From positions 192,001 through 256,000 of the forward strand of contig CAVSHT010000012.1 of the NCBI GenBank assembly GCA_963727895.1: a DNA stretch of 64,000 nt, written 5' to 3'. A program made the translations under genes and the position numbers. The notes beneath the pieces were generated by a model, which worked only from the letters and a program-made list of their open reading frames with translations, was not told the origin of the DNA and searched no databases. Below, piece by piece: positions 45,287 through 55,681 of the stretch. Numbering within the stretch: position 1 is the first letter of the stretch; every line of letters starts with the position of its first letter. This DNA is from an uncultured Methanosarcinaceae archaeon (GTDB lineage Archaea; Halobacteriota; Methanosarcinia; Methanosarcinales; Methanosarcinaceae).

Positions 45287-47449
45287 TTGGGGGTATCTAT
45301 TTTGAAGAAGAATCTATTAATTATTGCGTTAACTGTATTCATATTGACCTCTGCAACAGCAATTGCAGATAACAGTCAAAATGTAAACCCTATTGGAAAT
45401 ATTAATTTTACAGACAAGGTTGTTTACGTTCTAGATCACACTAGCAGTTCAGTAAATGGAAACTGGATTGTAATGGGAAATCCATATGCTGGAACAAGAG
45501 TCAATCTTCCCCACCCTATAAAACTCACATATAATGGGCCGGAAAAAGTTGAATTTGGGGGAGCTTCCGGAACCTTATATAAAGACAAAAATAAAAGCTT
45601 CACTGTAGATTATCCATCAGCTTCTGCCTATAGCACTCTTCCTGTTTATCTAACAGGGGAAGAAGCAACGATGTCATTCTATGGGGAATCTGGTCTTGAA
45701 GGAAATGTCGATATATTCCTTATCAAGGTGACACCTGAAACTGTGTTCAATTTATTTAATGCTTTTGAGGCAAAAGATATTGGAAACTTATATAGAATAT
45801 TTAACAGTAGTGTGGATAAAAGTTACAAAAAGTATTCTGCCGTACTCGGAAAAGATGGAGATTTGTTAAATTATAATTTGGGATTGCTTGATCCTGGACA
45901 ATATAATATATTTATGGTTCAGGAAAACAAAGACAGCAGCCTTACAGTTCTTTCCACGACAGCCTTTATGGTTGCAGAATACGAATTGTCAGTCTCAAGT
46001 CCAGAAAGCATAGTAGAAAAGGAAGATTTGGACATAAACGTGGATCTTGTGAATGCTCCCGATAAAGGTAATTGTACATATGGAGCAATACTGATCAGTA
46101 AACAAGCTTACAAGGCAAAAATAGACGTCGATACTGATGGTACAAGAAACGGCACATCAGTAGTAGTAAATGACGTCGATATCATTGATCAGTTTGGTAT
46201 AAACTCTTCCAATTACAAGTCAAAGCTAGCTAAAAATGAACTCCAAAAAGAAATATTAACTCTAATCGGAGAAGAAAACTGTACTATAGCAATAGGAGAA
46301 AGAGGTCAGAAATCATTATCATTTACTACTCTTGATTTATCTGAAGGTGATTATTACCTTTTTGTGGGAGCATATTGTCCAGGAAAAGGACTTGTGGGGC
46401 TTAATCAATTTAAAATTGTGATTACATCAAAAAACTCTGGAGGAGACAACGGATGTGGAGACAATGGATCTGGAGACAATGGATCCGGAGGTAATGGATC
46501 CGGAAGTAATGGATCCGGAAGTAATGGATCCGGAGACAACGGATGTGGAGACAATGGATCTGGAGACAATGGATCCGGAGGTAATGGATCCGGAGGTAAT
46601 GGATCCGGAGGTAATGGATCCGGAAGTAATGGATCCGGAGACAACGGATGTGGAGACAATGGATCCGGAGATCATGGATCTGGAAGTGGAGGTAGCTCAG
46701 GAAGTAGTGGTAGCTCAGGAAGTAGTGGTAGCTCAGAAAGTAGCGGTAGCTCTGGATGCAGCCCCTCTTCTGAATCTGCTAAAAATATCAATTCAAAGGA
46801 GATCTGTCAGCAACCTATTTCAAAAGGTAATAGGATAAGATTTGAATTTACAAAAGGATCTACCTGTGTTGGATATGTAGAGTTTATAGCCAAAAAAACT
46901 GTCGGCAAGACAACAGCAATTATCGAGGAACTAAAAGGAAGGTCTCTACTGACTTCCTGTAAGCCAGAAGGAGAAATCTACAAATACCTAAATATCTGGA
47001 TTGGAAACAGTGGCTTTGCAAACTCAAATAATATTGAGAATGCCACTGTAGGATTTAATGTTAGTAAAAAGTGGATTAATGAAAACAACATCAACATTAG
47101 TTCATTAACTCTTCAGCATTTCAGTGATAATAAATGGAACTCACTTCCAACCACAAAAATAAAAGAAGATACAGAATATATTTACTTTGAAGCTAAACCT
47201 CCTAGCTTTTCTCCATTTGTAATTACGGCCCAAAAGAATTTAGTGGTATTAGAGGAGAAAACAGAAGCCAATCAGTTCTCAAATGAAGCGGTGGAGCAAA
47301 ACGAAAAAAAGATAAATAGTGAAATTGCAGCTGCTTCTCAGGAAAACAAAAACAAGATAATGTTAAAAATTGCCAGTCTATTTTTAGGGGTTTTTGTAGT
47401 CTTCATTATTGGTATGATTATTATTAGAAAAAGAGGACCTCAACAATAA
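45287..47449 (+). CDS. Methanogen surface protein: TIGR04279-like domain, repeat linker, PGF-pre-PGF domain, C-terminal TM
   Basis: Signal peptide; GNWI motif; G(D/G/S)NG(S/C) linker; KKTVGKTT..IEELK, IYKYLNIWIG, F.VSKKWI, YFEA...FSPF. Confidence 0.78.
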   Translation: MGVSILKKNLLIIALTVFILTSATAIADNSQNVNPIGNINFTDKVVYVLDHTSSSVNGNWIVMGNPYAGTRVNLPHPIKLTYNGPEKVEFGGASGTLYKDKNKSFTVDYPSASAYSTLPVYLTGEEATMSFYGESGLEGNVDIFLIKVTPETVFNLFNAFEAKDIGNLYRIFNSSVDKSYKKYSAVLGKDGDLLNYNLGLLDPGQYNIFMVQENKDSSLTVLSTTAFMVAEYELSVSSPESIVEKEDLDINVDLVNAPDKGNCTYGAILISKQAYKAKIDVDTDGTRNGTSVVVNDVDIIDQFGINSSNYKSKLAKNELQKEILTLIGEENCTIAIGERGQKSLSFTTLDLSEGDYYLFVGAYCPGKGLVGLNQFKIVITSKNSGGDNGCGDNGSGDNGSGGNGSGSNGSGSNGSGDNGCGDNGSGDNGSGGNGSGGNGSGGNGSGSNGSGDNGCGDNGSGDHGSGSGGSSGSSGSSGSSGSSESSGSSGCSPSSESAKNINSKEICQQPISKGNRIRFEFTKGSTCVGYVEFIAKKTVGKTTAIIEELKGRSLLTSCKPEGEIYKYLNIWIGNSGFANSNNIENATVGFNVSKKWINENNINISSLTLQHFSDNKWNSLPTTKIKEDTEYIYFEAKPPSFSPFVITAQKNLVVLEEKTEANQFSNEAVEQNEKKINSEIAAASQENKNKIMLKIASLFLGVFVVFIIGMIIIRKRGPQQ
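46442..46681 (+). repeat. 15-bp tandem repeat x16 with higher-order structure
   Basis: Units such as GGAGACAACGGATGT, GGAGACAATGGATCC and GGAGGTAATGGATCC, in blocks of 6, 7 and 3, each opening with the Cys-coding unit. Confidence 0.95.
46691..46753 (+). repeat. 18-bp tandem repeat x3.5 (GSSGSS)
   Basis: GGTAGCTCAGGAAGTAGT repeated. Confidence 0.85.
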
Positions 47450-47631
47450 AAAATATTTCTAAACAAAAACAGGACAAAAGCAGGAGATGAAAAATCTTCT
47501 GCTTTTATTCTTTTTTTAAAAGTTTCCTTCGAAACATTAAGAGAATAATTGTTGGTCAACAATGCACAATAGTCTTTAGTATAGCTAAAAAAACAATTTT
47601 CATTACTCAAGTAAAGAAACTTTAAAGTAGC

Positions 47632-48528
47632 TTAAATCAGACTTTTTAACCCTTCTTGTAGCTCAATTTCTCCTGTCCACCAATTGGAAATTTTTGAGAC
47701 ATCAGCTTTTGAGTCTCGAACATCACCTGCTCTTAAAGTGGCGTGTACGATTTTACTAGTAGAGCCAGTTAACTTAATAATCTGTTTAGCAAGTTCCAGG
47801 ACTGTCACATTTTTTCCCATAGCCACGTTAAAGACCTGACCATCACCATGTTCAAGGGCTGCAAAATTTGCCTTGACTACATCTTTAATATGCACGAAAT
47901 CTCTACTCTGAAGTCCGTCTCCATAAATGAGGAGATCCTTTCCTGACTTTGCTCTCTCTAGAAATATTGGAATAACAGCTGCATATGGAGATTTTGGATC
48001 CTGACGGGGGCCGTAGACATTGAAATAGCGCAGACAGGTGGTCCGAAGTCCGTAGTTCTCATAAAACATTCTTGCAAGGTACTCTCCGTCAAGTTTAGAA
48101 ATAGCATACGGGGAAGTTGGTTCTGGATACATATCCTCTCGTTTTGGAAGAACTGGATTATTTCCGTATATAGCAGCTGAAGATGCCATCACGAATTTAT
48201 CAACTTCAGCTTTAACACAACTCTGCAGTACATTAAGGGTTCCGAGAGTGTTAATCTGAAAAGCTTCAACAGGTTTTTCACAACTTAAAGGTACAGATAC
48301 AAGGGCAGCTTCATGGAAGACACAGTCTACACCTGAAACTGCTTTTTCTACTGATGAAGAGTCACAGATATCTCCCTGAATAAACTCAATATTCTTATTA
48401 TGTGGTATATTTCTAAGGAAACCTGTTGCAAGGTTATCAAGAATCCTGACTGTATGTCCTTCCTCTGCAAAATATTCAGCTATATGGGAGCCTATAAAAC
48501 CTGCTCCCCCGGTAATCAGTACTTTCAT
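47632..48528 (-). CDS. NAD-dependent nucleotide-sugar epimerase/dehydratase (GalE/WbpP-like)
   Basis: MKVLITGGAGFIGSH, SSAAIYG, YAISK, RYFNVYGPRQ. Confidence 0.9.
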   Translation of the reverse strand: MKVLITGGAGFIGSHIAEYFAEEGHTVRILDNLATGFLRNIPHNKNIEFIQGDICDSSSVEKAVSGVDCVFHEAALVSVPLSCEKPVEAFQINTLGTLNVLQSCVKAEVDKFVMASSAAIYGNNPVLPKREDMYPEPTSPYAISKLDGEYLARMFYENYGLRTTCLRYFNVYGPRQDPKSPYAAVIPIFLERAKSGKDLLIYGDGLQSRDFVHIKDVVKANFAALEHGDGQVFNVAMGKNVTVLELAKQIIKLTGSTSKIVHATLRAGDVRDSKADVSKISNWWTGEIELQEGLKSLI

Positions 48529-48868
48529 GCTTGCAGAAAGGGATAAGTATGAAATAAAATTTTCTATGCAAGCCAAGGCTTATGAGAGGAGATTATAAAA
48601 TTCTAAAAATGTAAAAACCAGATAAGAGCTTGAAAATGTCTATAAAATAAAGAAAAAATTTTTATTTGAATTCATTTGTTTATAAAGTGGAGTCCTAAAA
48701 TTCGGAAATTGGGAAAATATTTGGAAATTGGATAAATTCTCTCTACACATCGCTGCCTGATAAAATAAATTTGGATTATAAAAATGTGATGAAAGCAGAT
48801 TAATGGAAGGTTTTACATAGTTATAAATTCAAATAAGGTCTGATATAAAAAATTTTATCAGTGGGACA

Positions 48869-49756
48869 ATGGCCAAAAATCGACAACTTCCTATGGACTT
48901 GCTACTTGTTGCATGTCTCGTACTTATTATTGATATCTTTGTACTTTTGCCTGAATTCAGTGACAGTTTCCTACGTACATGGCTAGGAATTTTTCTGGTG
49001 CTTTTCTTACCCGGCTATGCTTTCGCTGGAGCTCTCTTCCCGGCAAAAAAAGATCTTGATGGAATTGAGAGAATTGCAATCTCTTTTGGATTAAATATTG
49101 CGATTGTTCCATTACTGGGACTTGGACTAAATTATTCGACCTGGGGGATCAGGGAAGTTCCGCTACTAACAGAGTTTTCAATTTTTATTCTTCTGATGTG
49201 TGTAATTGCCTATTACAGAAGAAGCTTGTTGCCTGAAGCCGAAGCTTTTAATGTCTCATTCAGAGCATATTACCAGAGTATAAAAGTTGAAGTTTTTGAA
49301 AAGCATGAGTCCAAAACTGATAAGATTATCACATTTATCCTGATTTTTTCTGTCCTGGCATCTATAGGGAGTCTTGCCTACATAGTAGGAAATCCTAAAG
49401 AGGGAGAGCACTTTACCGAATTTTACATCCTTGGGAAAAACAGAACCGTAGGGGATTATCCTACAGAATTTGTAAAAGGAGAAACAGGAACAGTCACTGT
49501 AGGAATTATAAATCACGAACATAGGCCCGTGGATTATACAATGGAGTTGAGACTTGCAAATAGATCTCTACCTCTTTCGGAAAGTCAGAAACAGATAAGC
49601 CTTGAGGACAATATGTCCTGGGAAAAACCAGTTACTTTTACGCCACCTGTTGAAGGAAAGAATATGAAATTGGAATTTTTACTCTTTAATAAAAATAATA
49701 CAACTGTGCCTTATCGGAATCTGCATATCTGGATTAATGTTACTAAGGAGGCTTAA
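48869..49756 (+). CDS. DUF1616 domain membrane protein, copy 2
   Basis: LFLPGYAF, ERIAISFGL, GEHFTEFYILG, PYRNLHIWINV; clear paralog of 40758..41699. Confidence 0.85.
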   Translation: MAKNRQLPMDLLLVACLVLIIDIFVLLPEFSDSFLRTWLGIFLVLFLPGYAFAGALFPAKKDLDGIERIAISFGLNIAIVPLLGLGLNYSTWGIREVPLLTEFSIFILLMCVIAYYRRSLLPEAEAFNVSFRAYYQSIKVEVFEKHESKTDKIITFILIFSVLASIGSLAYIVGNPKEGEHFTEFYILGKNRTVGDYPTEFVKGETGTVTVGIINHEHRPVDYTMELRLANRSLPLSESQKQISLEDNMSWEKPVTFTPPVEGKNMKLEFLLFNKNNTTVPYRNLHIWINVTKEA

Positions 49757-49758
49757 AG

Positions 49759-50634
49759 ATGGTAATCCCGGAATATCCGCTTTCAGAGCTGGAAACAGGA
49801 AAAATTTCTCTTCCAGAGCTAAAAAAAACATTTAAAATGCAGACTGAAGAAAAGACCAGCTTCCTGAAAAAAATACTCTATGCAGGAATTCCTATAACTG
49901 CAATCACTTTGATAGAACTGTTGATTTTTGGAGGAAAGCTAAAAGAAGCTTCAATAGCTTATACCTTGCTTTTACTGGTGCTTTCATTTTCAATAGCAGT
50001 TACTAAAAAGCATGAACTACGTAAAATCTATCAAGCACTCTTGCTTCTGATCATTTTCAGATTGGTAAATTTTTCGATGCCAATCTTTTTCGAGAAAAAT
50101 TTATATTCATTTGTATTTATTTATGCACCTCTGGCAATTCCAATATCTTTTGCAGTCACTCATCAGGAAGTAATATATGAAAAAATGAGGGACACTCTGA
50201 GGAAAATTTGGATCTATCTTCCTTTATCTGTCCTTATAGGCTTTGCCTTCGGGCAAGCAGAATACATGCTAATAGGGGCAAGAGAACTTATTCCAGATCT
50301 TTCACTAACAAATCTGCTGATACTCATTATTATAATGGTTTTCATTGTTGGGCTGATAGAAGAAATCATTTTCAGGTCAATTCTCCAGACTAGCCTTGAA
50401 GGTCTATTTGGACCATTCATGGGAATTTTCCTTTCAAGCCTCCTTTTTGGAATAATGCATTCAGCTTACGGCACGCCCTATGAAATGCTATATTCATTCT
50501 TTGTAGGAGGTTTTTTAGGATACTTATTTTATAAAACTCGAAGTCTCCCTCTTTTAGTAATGATTCATGGTTCGATGAATGTGTTTTTATTTGGGGTACT
50601 TCCACACGTAGGATCTATATTTGGATTAATATAA
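49759..50634 (+). CDS. CPBP intramembrane glutamic endopeptidase, copy 2
   Basis: EEIIFR, FGIMH, HGSMN; starts 2 nt after the DUF1616 stop, AAGGAGG SD. Confidence 0.88.
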   Translation: MVIPEYPLSELETGKISLPELKKTFKMQTEEKTSFLKKILYAGIPITAITLIELLIFGGKLKEASIAYTLLLLVLSFSIAVTKKHELRKIYQALLLLIIFRLVNFSMPIFFEKNLYSFVFIYAPLAIPISFAVTHQEVIYEKMRDTLRKIWIYLPLSVLIGFAFGQAEYMLIGARELIPDLSLTNLLILIIIMVFIVGLIEEIIFRSILQTSLEGLFGPFMGIFLSSLLFGIMHSAYGTPYEMLYSFFVGGFLGYLFYKTRSLPLLVMIHGSMNVFLFGVLPHVGSIFGLI

Positions 50635-50941
50635 GCTCTAATGGCCACAAATTCTAAATAATAATTTGAAAAAACATATGATACTGAGTTTTTCTGTCTT
50701 AACAAAAATGAGATAAAAACTCAAATGAATAAAAGCTCAATTGAATGTTTACAATTCTTTGCTTCTATATATTCTTGTCCAACTACCATATATTATGTCA
50801 GATCAATCACCAAATCCCAATTCATGGAGCTTGACATACAACATACAATAAAGCCACATTATTTCTAAATCTCAAGCTGCTCTAAATTTGAAATCCTAAA
50901 GATATCTTTAGAATCTCTAGGTCAGAACTTTAAAAATACAA

Positions 50942-51694
50942 GGCTTTGCTAATTAACTATAGTTATTTATTATGAGAACCTCTATTTCTTCATGAACTGC
51001 CCAAAATGTAATAGTTCTAGTCACAAAAAGAACGGTATAGTTGGTGGTCGTCAACGCTACAAATGCTCTGATTGTGGCTATGACTATACAGTAGAGCTAA
51101 AATCAACTGCTTTTTCCGCCTCTGTTAAAAACAGGCTTTACAACTTTACCTTGAAGGATTGGGCTTTCGCTCAATAGGAAGAGTTTTAGGGGTGAGTCAT
51201 GTTTCTGTCCAAAAATGGATAACGAAATTTGGTCAAGAGTGAGAGAACCTAAAAAGTGAAAATGAGATATCTATTGTTGAAATGGATGAAATGCACACGT
51301 ACATCGTCAACAAAAAAAATATTGCTGGATCTGGATTGCTGTTGATAGAGTTGGGAAAAAGTTTATCAACTGCTCTTTTGGTAGCAGAGGAACAGAAACT
51401 GGAAAACTACTCTGGGAAAAATTGAAGAAAAAAGAGATTGGAGAAGTGATGACCGATCACTGGAGAGCATATGCAGAGTTTCTTTGTCTCCAGATCCTCC
51501 TGAAAAGAGTCATACTCAATCAAAAGCAGAAACATTTACAGTTGAGGGATATAACAGCATATTGAGGCACTTTTTAGCAAGATTGAGAAGAAAGACAAAG
51601 TGTTATACGAAGAGTCTTGAAATGCTAAAGTACTCGGTTATTCTATTGATGAAATAAAGAAATAAAGAACTAGATATATTTAAGTAACAATGCC
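50942..51694 (+). mobile_element. IS1-family insertion sequence, copy 3 (inactive)
   Basis: GGCTTTG...CAATGCC ends; flanking direct repeat AAAAATACAA (50932-50941, 51695-51704); frameshift near 51126-51131, TGA 51240-51242, 14-bp insertion 51485-51498. Confidence 0.92.
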
Positions 51695-52019
51695 AAAAAT
51701 ACAAGTGATAAAAGGAAGAAATAATTTACCTTAACTAAGGTTCCTCAATAGATTCTTCTATGCTAGTTCTGGGAAACTGCTTAGGATCACAATCATAAGA
51801 AAAAGCTTAAAAACATAGAGATGAAGTAATTTTTTACCTATAATTGGAGTATTGATTGAGATTGGTTCTTATTTCCTTCCCATAAAAAAGAATGATCGAG
51901 CAAAAAGTCTAAAGAACAAGATCTCTGTTTTCTTCTGAATGGGTCATAAAATATAAATATCACTTTATGAAACTTTCTGTTCCTTATGTACAGAATGTAA
52001 TAAGTTTCGGAGATAATTC

Positions 52020-52785
52020 ATGTCTAAGTATGCAGACCGTTTTTGGGAGATTGATTGTCTGCGAGGATTTGCCGTTCTTTTGATGCTAATATACCACTTT
52101 CTATATGATCTGGACTTTTTCAAGATTGCTGATCTCCAGCTTAGAACCGGTTTTTTTCTATATATAGGCAGATTTTCGGCTTTCCTTTTTATCCTAATTT
52201 CAGGAACTGCAGTTTCTATAGGCCATTCAAGAACCCTTAATAAAAAGGCAGGTGGAAGTGAAGCAGAAAACTTCTCAAAGTATCTGAAAAGGGGAATCAA
52301 ACTCTATTTATTGGGTCTTTTACTTACAGGTATAACCTGGATTTTTTTACCTGAAGAGTATATCGTTTTCGGGATCCTACATTTTTTTGGAGTCTCGGCA
52401 GTGCTTGTATATCCTTTCTTGAGGTATGAAGAAGAAAATCTGTTTTTCAGCCTATTTTTCGGCCTTTCAGGAATTTACCTAAGGAATATAACTTTTGGTT
52501 TTTCCAGTTTACTCTGGCTGGGTTTCACTCCAGAAAACTTCAGTACTCTTGACTACTTTCCTATATTTCCCTGGTTTGGAGTATTGCTCGCAGGAGTTTT
52601 TTCTGGGAAGTTTTTTGTACACAGGCGGAAAACGGCAGTTTGAAATCCCTTTTATTGGTAAAAATTCTCTATTTAGACTCTTTTCCAGAGTGGGACAGCA
52701 TTCTCTGGTCATTTATTTCATTCATCAACCGCTATTTCTTGGATTCTTATTTCTGGGTGGGCTTATCGATTTAAATATGTTATAA
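52020..52785 (+). CDS. DUF1624 / HGSNAT-like membrane protein with a +1 frameshift
   Basis: RFWEIDCLRG, FGILHFFG, DYFPIFPWFG, then GQHSLVIYFIHQP in another frame; removing one T from T6 52597-52602 restores GVFLGSFLY. Confidence 0.8.
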
Positions 52786-53026
52786 CCCACTTTAAAAAAG
52801 CCTAATAATTTATTTATCGAGTTTATCTTTGTAGTTTAAAATTAGCAACTTATTCAAAGCCTCTGGTTTTATATTCTAACATATATAATGAGTATCTGTC
52901 TGTTTACACTGATATAAGATCAGTCTTTATCTGCTTCCTAAAAAATAGTTGGTATAAAGCAAAATAATTTGGATTCCTATTCTCAACCCGAGAAAGGAGC
53001 ATGAAGTGCGAAATAAAGAATAGAAA

Positions 53027-53338
53027 ATGGAGAAAAGAATGCATCTGGAAATTACGATGTTTGCCTATTTTGTAGTGCTCTTCCTGACCCTTCGGGATAT
53101 AAGGATCTTTAAAAGAACAGGTTATCGTTCTTATAAGAAGGGAGCTATGAAGGGACTTGCAGCTTCTACTGTGATTTTAATAGGAGCGATGATTGTTAAG
53201 GCAAAGCCAGATCTTGGGCTACTTTTTGTATTGATAGGACTCTTTATAAATCGTAAAGGGATAAGAGAGCGTGTTTTTACTAGTGCAGGAACTCTTGATC
53301 GTTTTCTCGGGAAAACTGATTATGTAAAGAGAAAATAA
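53027..53338 (+). CDS. Small hypothetical membrane protein
   Basis: 103 aa, about 3 hydrophobic segments, LRDIRIFKRTGY.SY. Confidence 0.65.
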   Translation: MEKRMHLEITMFAYFVVLFLTLRDIRIFKRTGYRSYKKGAMKGLAASTVILIGAMIVKAKPDLGLLFVLIGLFINRKGIRERVFTSAGTLDRFLGKTDYVKRK

Positions 53339-53781
53339 GAAAGATAATACTTAATGATACAGAACATGTTTAAGTGCAAATGCACAATATAGCCTAAGAC
53401 CTTTTACAAGACGCCTGAAGTATAATTTTTGCTTCACATCCATGATGCAAAAGTATATATCTAAAGGAGAATTGTCAGCGTCTATAACATTACGCCCATA
53501 ATTGGAAAAATAAATATAACTTTTAAGGTTTTAAACGGCAATGTCGACCCCAAAACTTATAAATCTCAAGTGACCTATTAGTCGACAAAATCGGTATCAA
53601 CCAAATATTTGTATCCAGTTTCTGCTAAATCTATCAAATTGAGAGACGGAAATAGACATCAAAGAGCTGTTTTCTATTCTCACATCATGTTAACTAGAAT
53701 TCACAGGAAAAAATGTGAGATAACTCGAAGATTATTTAATAACTGGACTAAATACATCAAAAACATTTAAGAGGAGATACG

Positions 53782-53976
53782 ATGGGAAATATTCGACAGA
53801 CAAATATAAAAAGAACCGCATTAGGACTGATTGAAAACCACGGAAAAGTTTTCACAAAAGATTTTGAAACTAACAAGACTCTTGTGACACAGTATACAAC
53901 CATTGAAAGTAAGGTTATAAGAAACCGGGTTGCAGGTTACGTCACAAGAAAGGTTGCACGCATGAAAGTATACTGA
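53782..53976 (+). CDS. rps17e: 30S ribosomal protein S17e
   Basis: [33 protein letters not shown]. Confidence 0.96.
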   Translation: MGNIRQTNIKRTALGLIENHGKVFTKDFETNKTLVTQYTTIESKVIRNRVAGYVTRKVARMKVY

Positions 53977-54017
53977 ACAAAAAATTTACTGCCGGCACAC
54001 AGGTGGGGATATTTGAC

Positions 54018-54893
54018 ATGTTTGAAGGAACGATGCCTGCCCTGATAACTCCTTTTACAAAGGATGATAAAATTGACAGGGAAGGCCTACAAAGGAATAT
54101 TGAATTTGTTGAAGAGGGAGGAGTTTCAGGGATTGTACCCTGTGGCACCACTGGAGAGTCTGCGACTCTTTCCGCACGTGAGCATGAAGAAGTCATAGAA
54201 ATTGCAGTAGAATGTTCAAAGGTTCCTGTGATTGCAGGAACAGGTTCAAACAATACAGGGGAAGCTCTCCAGTTTACAAAACACGCTGCAGACGCAGGTG
54301 TCGATGGTGTACTTCTAATTTCTCCCTACTATAACAAACCAAATCCTGCAGGTCTGCTTGCACATTTTACGAAAATTGCAGAGGCAGTCGACGTTCCTAT
54401 GGTTATGTATAACGTCCCTTCCCGTACAGGTCAGGACATGCCACTAGAAGTTATTGTCGAACTTGCAGAAGTTGAAAATATTGTGGGAATTAAAGAAGCT
54501 AGTGGAAAAGTTGAGAAAGTTTCTCAGATTCTGGAAAATACTGTAGATGAAGATTTCGCAGTTATTTCAGGTGAAGATAGTTTGACTCTCCCTATTCTCT
54601 CTGTAGGAGGTAGTGGAGTCATTTCAGTTGCTGCAAATATAGTTCCTGACAGGATGTCCAATATGGTAAATGTAGCTCTTGCAGGAGATTACGACACCGC
54701 AAGGAAGATTCACTTTGAAATTGCTCCTCTGATTCGTGCCCTTTTCCTGGAAACAAATCCAATACCAGTTAAAAAGGCTGCGGAACTTTTAGGTCTTGCA
54801 AGTGGGAACCTTAGACTTCCACTCGCTCCCCTTAGTGAGCCAAATACTCAGAAAGTTGCAGATGAACTCAGGAAATTGGGGGTTATAGAGTGA
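54018..54893 (+). CDS. dapA: 4-hydroxy-tetrahydrodipicolinate synthase
   Basis: GTTGES, PYYNKP, YNVPSRTG, IVGIKEASG, TNPIPVK. Confidence 0.97.
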   Translation: MFEGTMPALITPFTKDDKIDREGLQRNIEFVEEGGVSGIVPCGTTGESATLSAREHEEVIEIAVECSKVPVIAGTGSNNTGEALQFTKHAADAGVDGVLLISPYYNKPNPAGLLAHFTKIAEAVDVPMVMYNVPSRTGQDMPLEVIVELAEVENIVGIKEASGKVEKVSQILENTVDEDFAVISGEDSLTLPILSVGGSGVISVAANIVPDRMSNMVNVALAGDYDTARKIHFEIAPLIRALFLETNPIPVKKAAELLGLASGNLRLPLAPLSEPNTQKVADELRKLGVIE

Positions 54894-55681
54894 CTAATGT
54901 AGCAGTACTCGGAGCCTGCGGTAGAATGGGCTCTTTAATTGTGGAGAACGTTACCAGCTCTGAGGATATGCAGGTTGTTGCTGCTTTTGATATCGCCAAT
55001 TTCGGAAAGGACGTGGGAGAATTTGCCCATGTAGGGAATTTGGGAGTCAAGATTTCAGATGTAAAATATCTTGGTATTGTATTAAAAGAAAGCAAGGCTG
55101 ACGTCCTGATAGACTTTACCGTAGCTGGCGCAACCGTAATTAATGCTTCTATTGCAGCTATATCTGGGGTGAACCTTATAATCGGAACTACTGGACTTAC
55201 TCCAGAGCAGCGAGCAGTAATTGGCGAGGCTATCAAAGAAGGTCAGGTAAGTGCTGTAATCTCTCCAAACTATTCTGTAGGAGTCAACGTCTTTTTCAAG
55301 ATAATAAAAGAAGCTGCAAAATATCTTGCTGATTATGATATCGAGATAATAGAAGCTCATCATAACCAGAAAAAAGATGCTCCAAGTGGAACCGCCCTTA
55401 AGGCAGCTGACGTTATCAGTGAAGCTCTTGGCGGAAAAGATTATGTCTACGGTAGAGAAGGCATTGCCCCACGTGGAAAAGAAATAGGGATTCATGCAGT
55501 TCGTGCTGGAGATATAACAGGCGATCATACTGTTCTTTTTGCAGGAAATTCTGAAAGAATTGAGATAAAGCACATGGCTCATTCCCGTCAGATCTTTGCC
55601 AAAGGCGCAGTCCGTGCAGCTGAATGGGTCTGCAAGCAGAAACCTGGAATTTATTCCATGGATGATGTGCTCGGTTTATAA
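54890..55681 (+). CDS. dapB: 4-hydroxy-tetrahydrodipicolinate reductase
   Basis: GACGRMG, IDFT, GTTG, EAHHNQKKDAPSGTA; GTGA overlap with dapA. Confidence 0.97.
   Translation: MTNVAVLGACGRMGSLIVENVTSSEDMQVVAAFDIANFGKDVGEFAHVGNLGVKISDVKYLGIVLKESKADVLIDFTVAGATVINASIAAISGVNLIIGTTGLTPEQRAVIGEAIKEGQVSAVISPNYSVGVNVFFKIIKEAAKYLADYDIEIIEAHHNQKKDAPSGTALKAADVISEALGGKDYVYGREGIAPRGKEIGIHAVRAGDITGDHTVLFAGNSERIEIKHMAHSRQIFAKGAVRAAEWVCKQKPGIYSMDDVLGL

Noticed and set aside
46405..46838. Repetitive ORFs in other frames (MDPEV, PDPLP, SGSIT) and a possible CRISPR-like array
   Set aside because: Shadows of the 15-bp coding repeat; units are contiguous with no unique spacers
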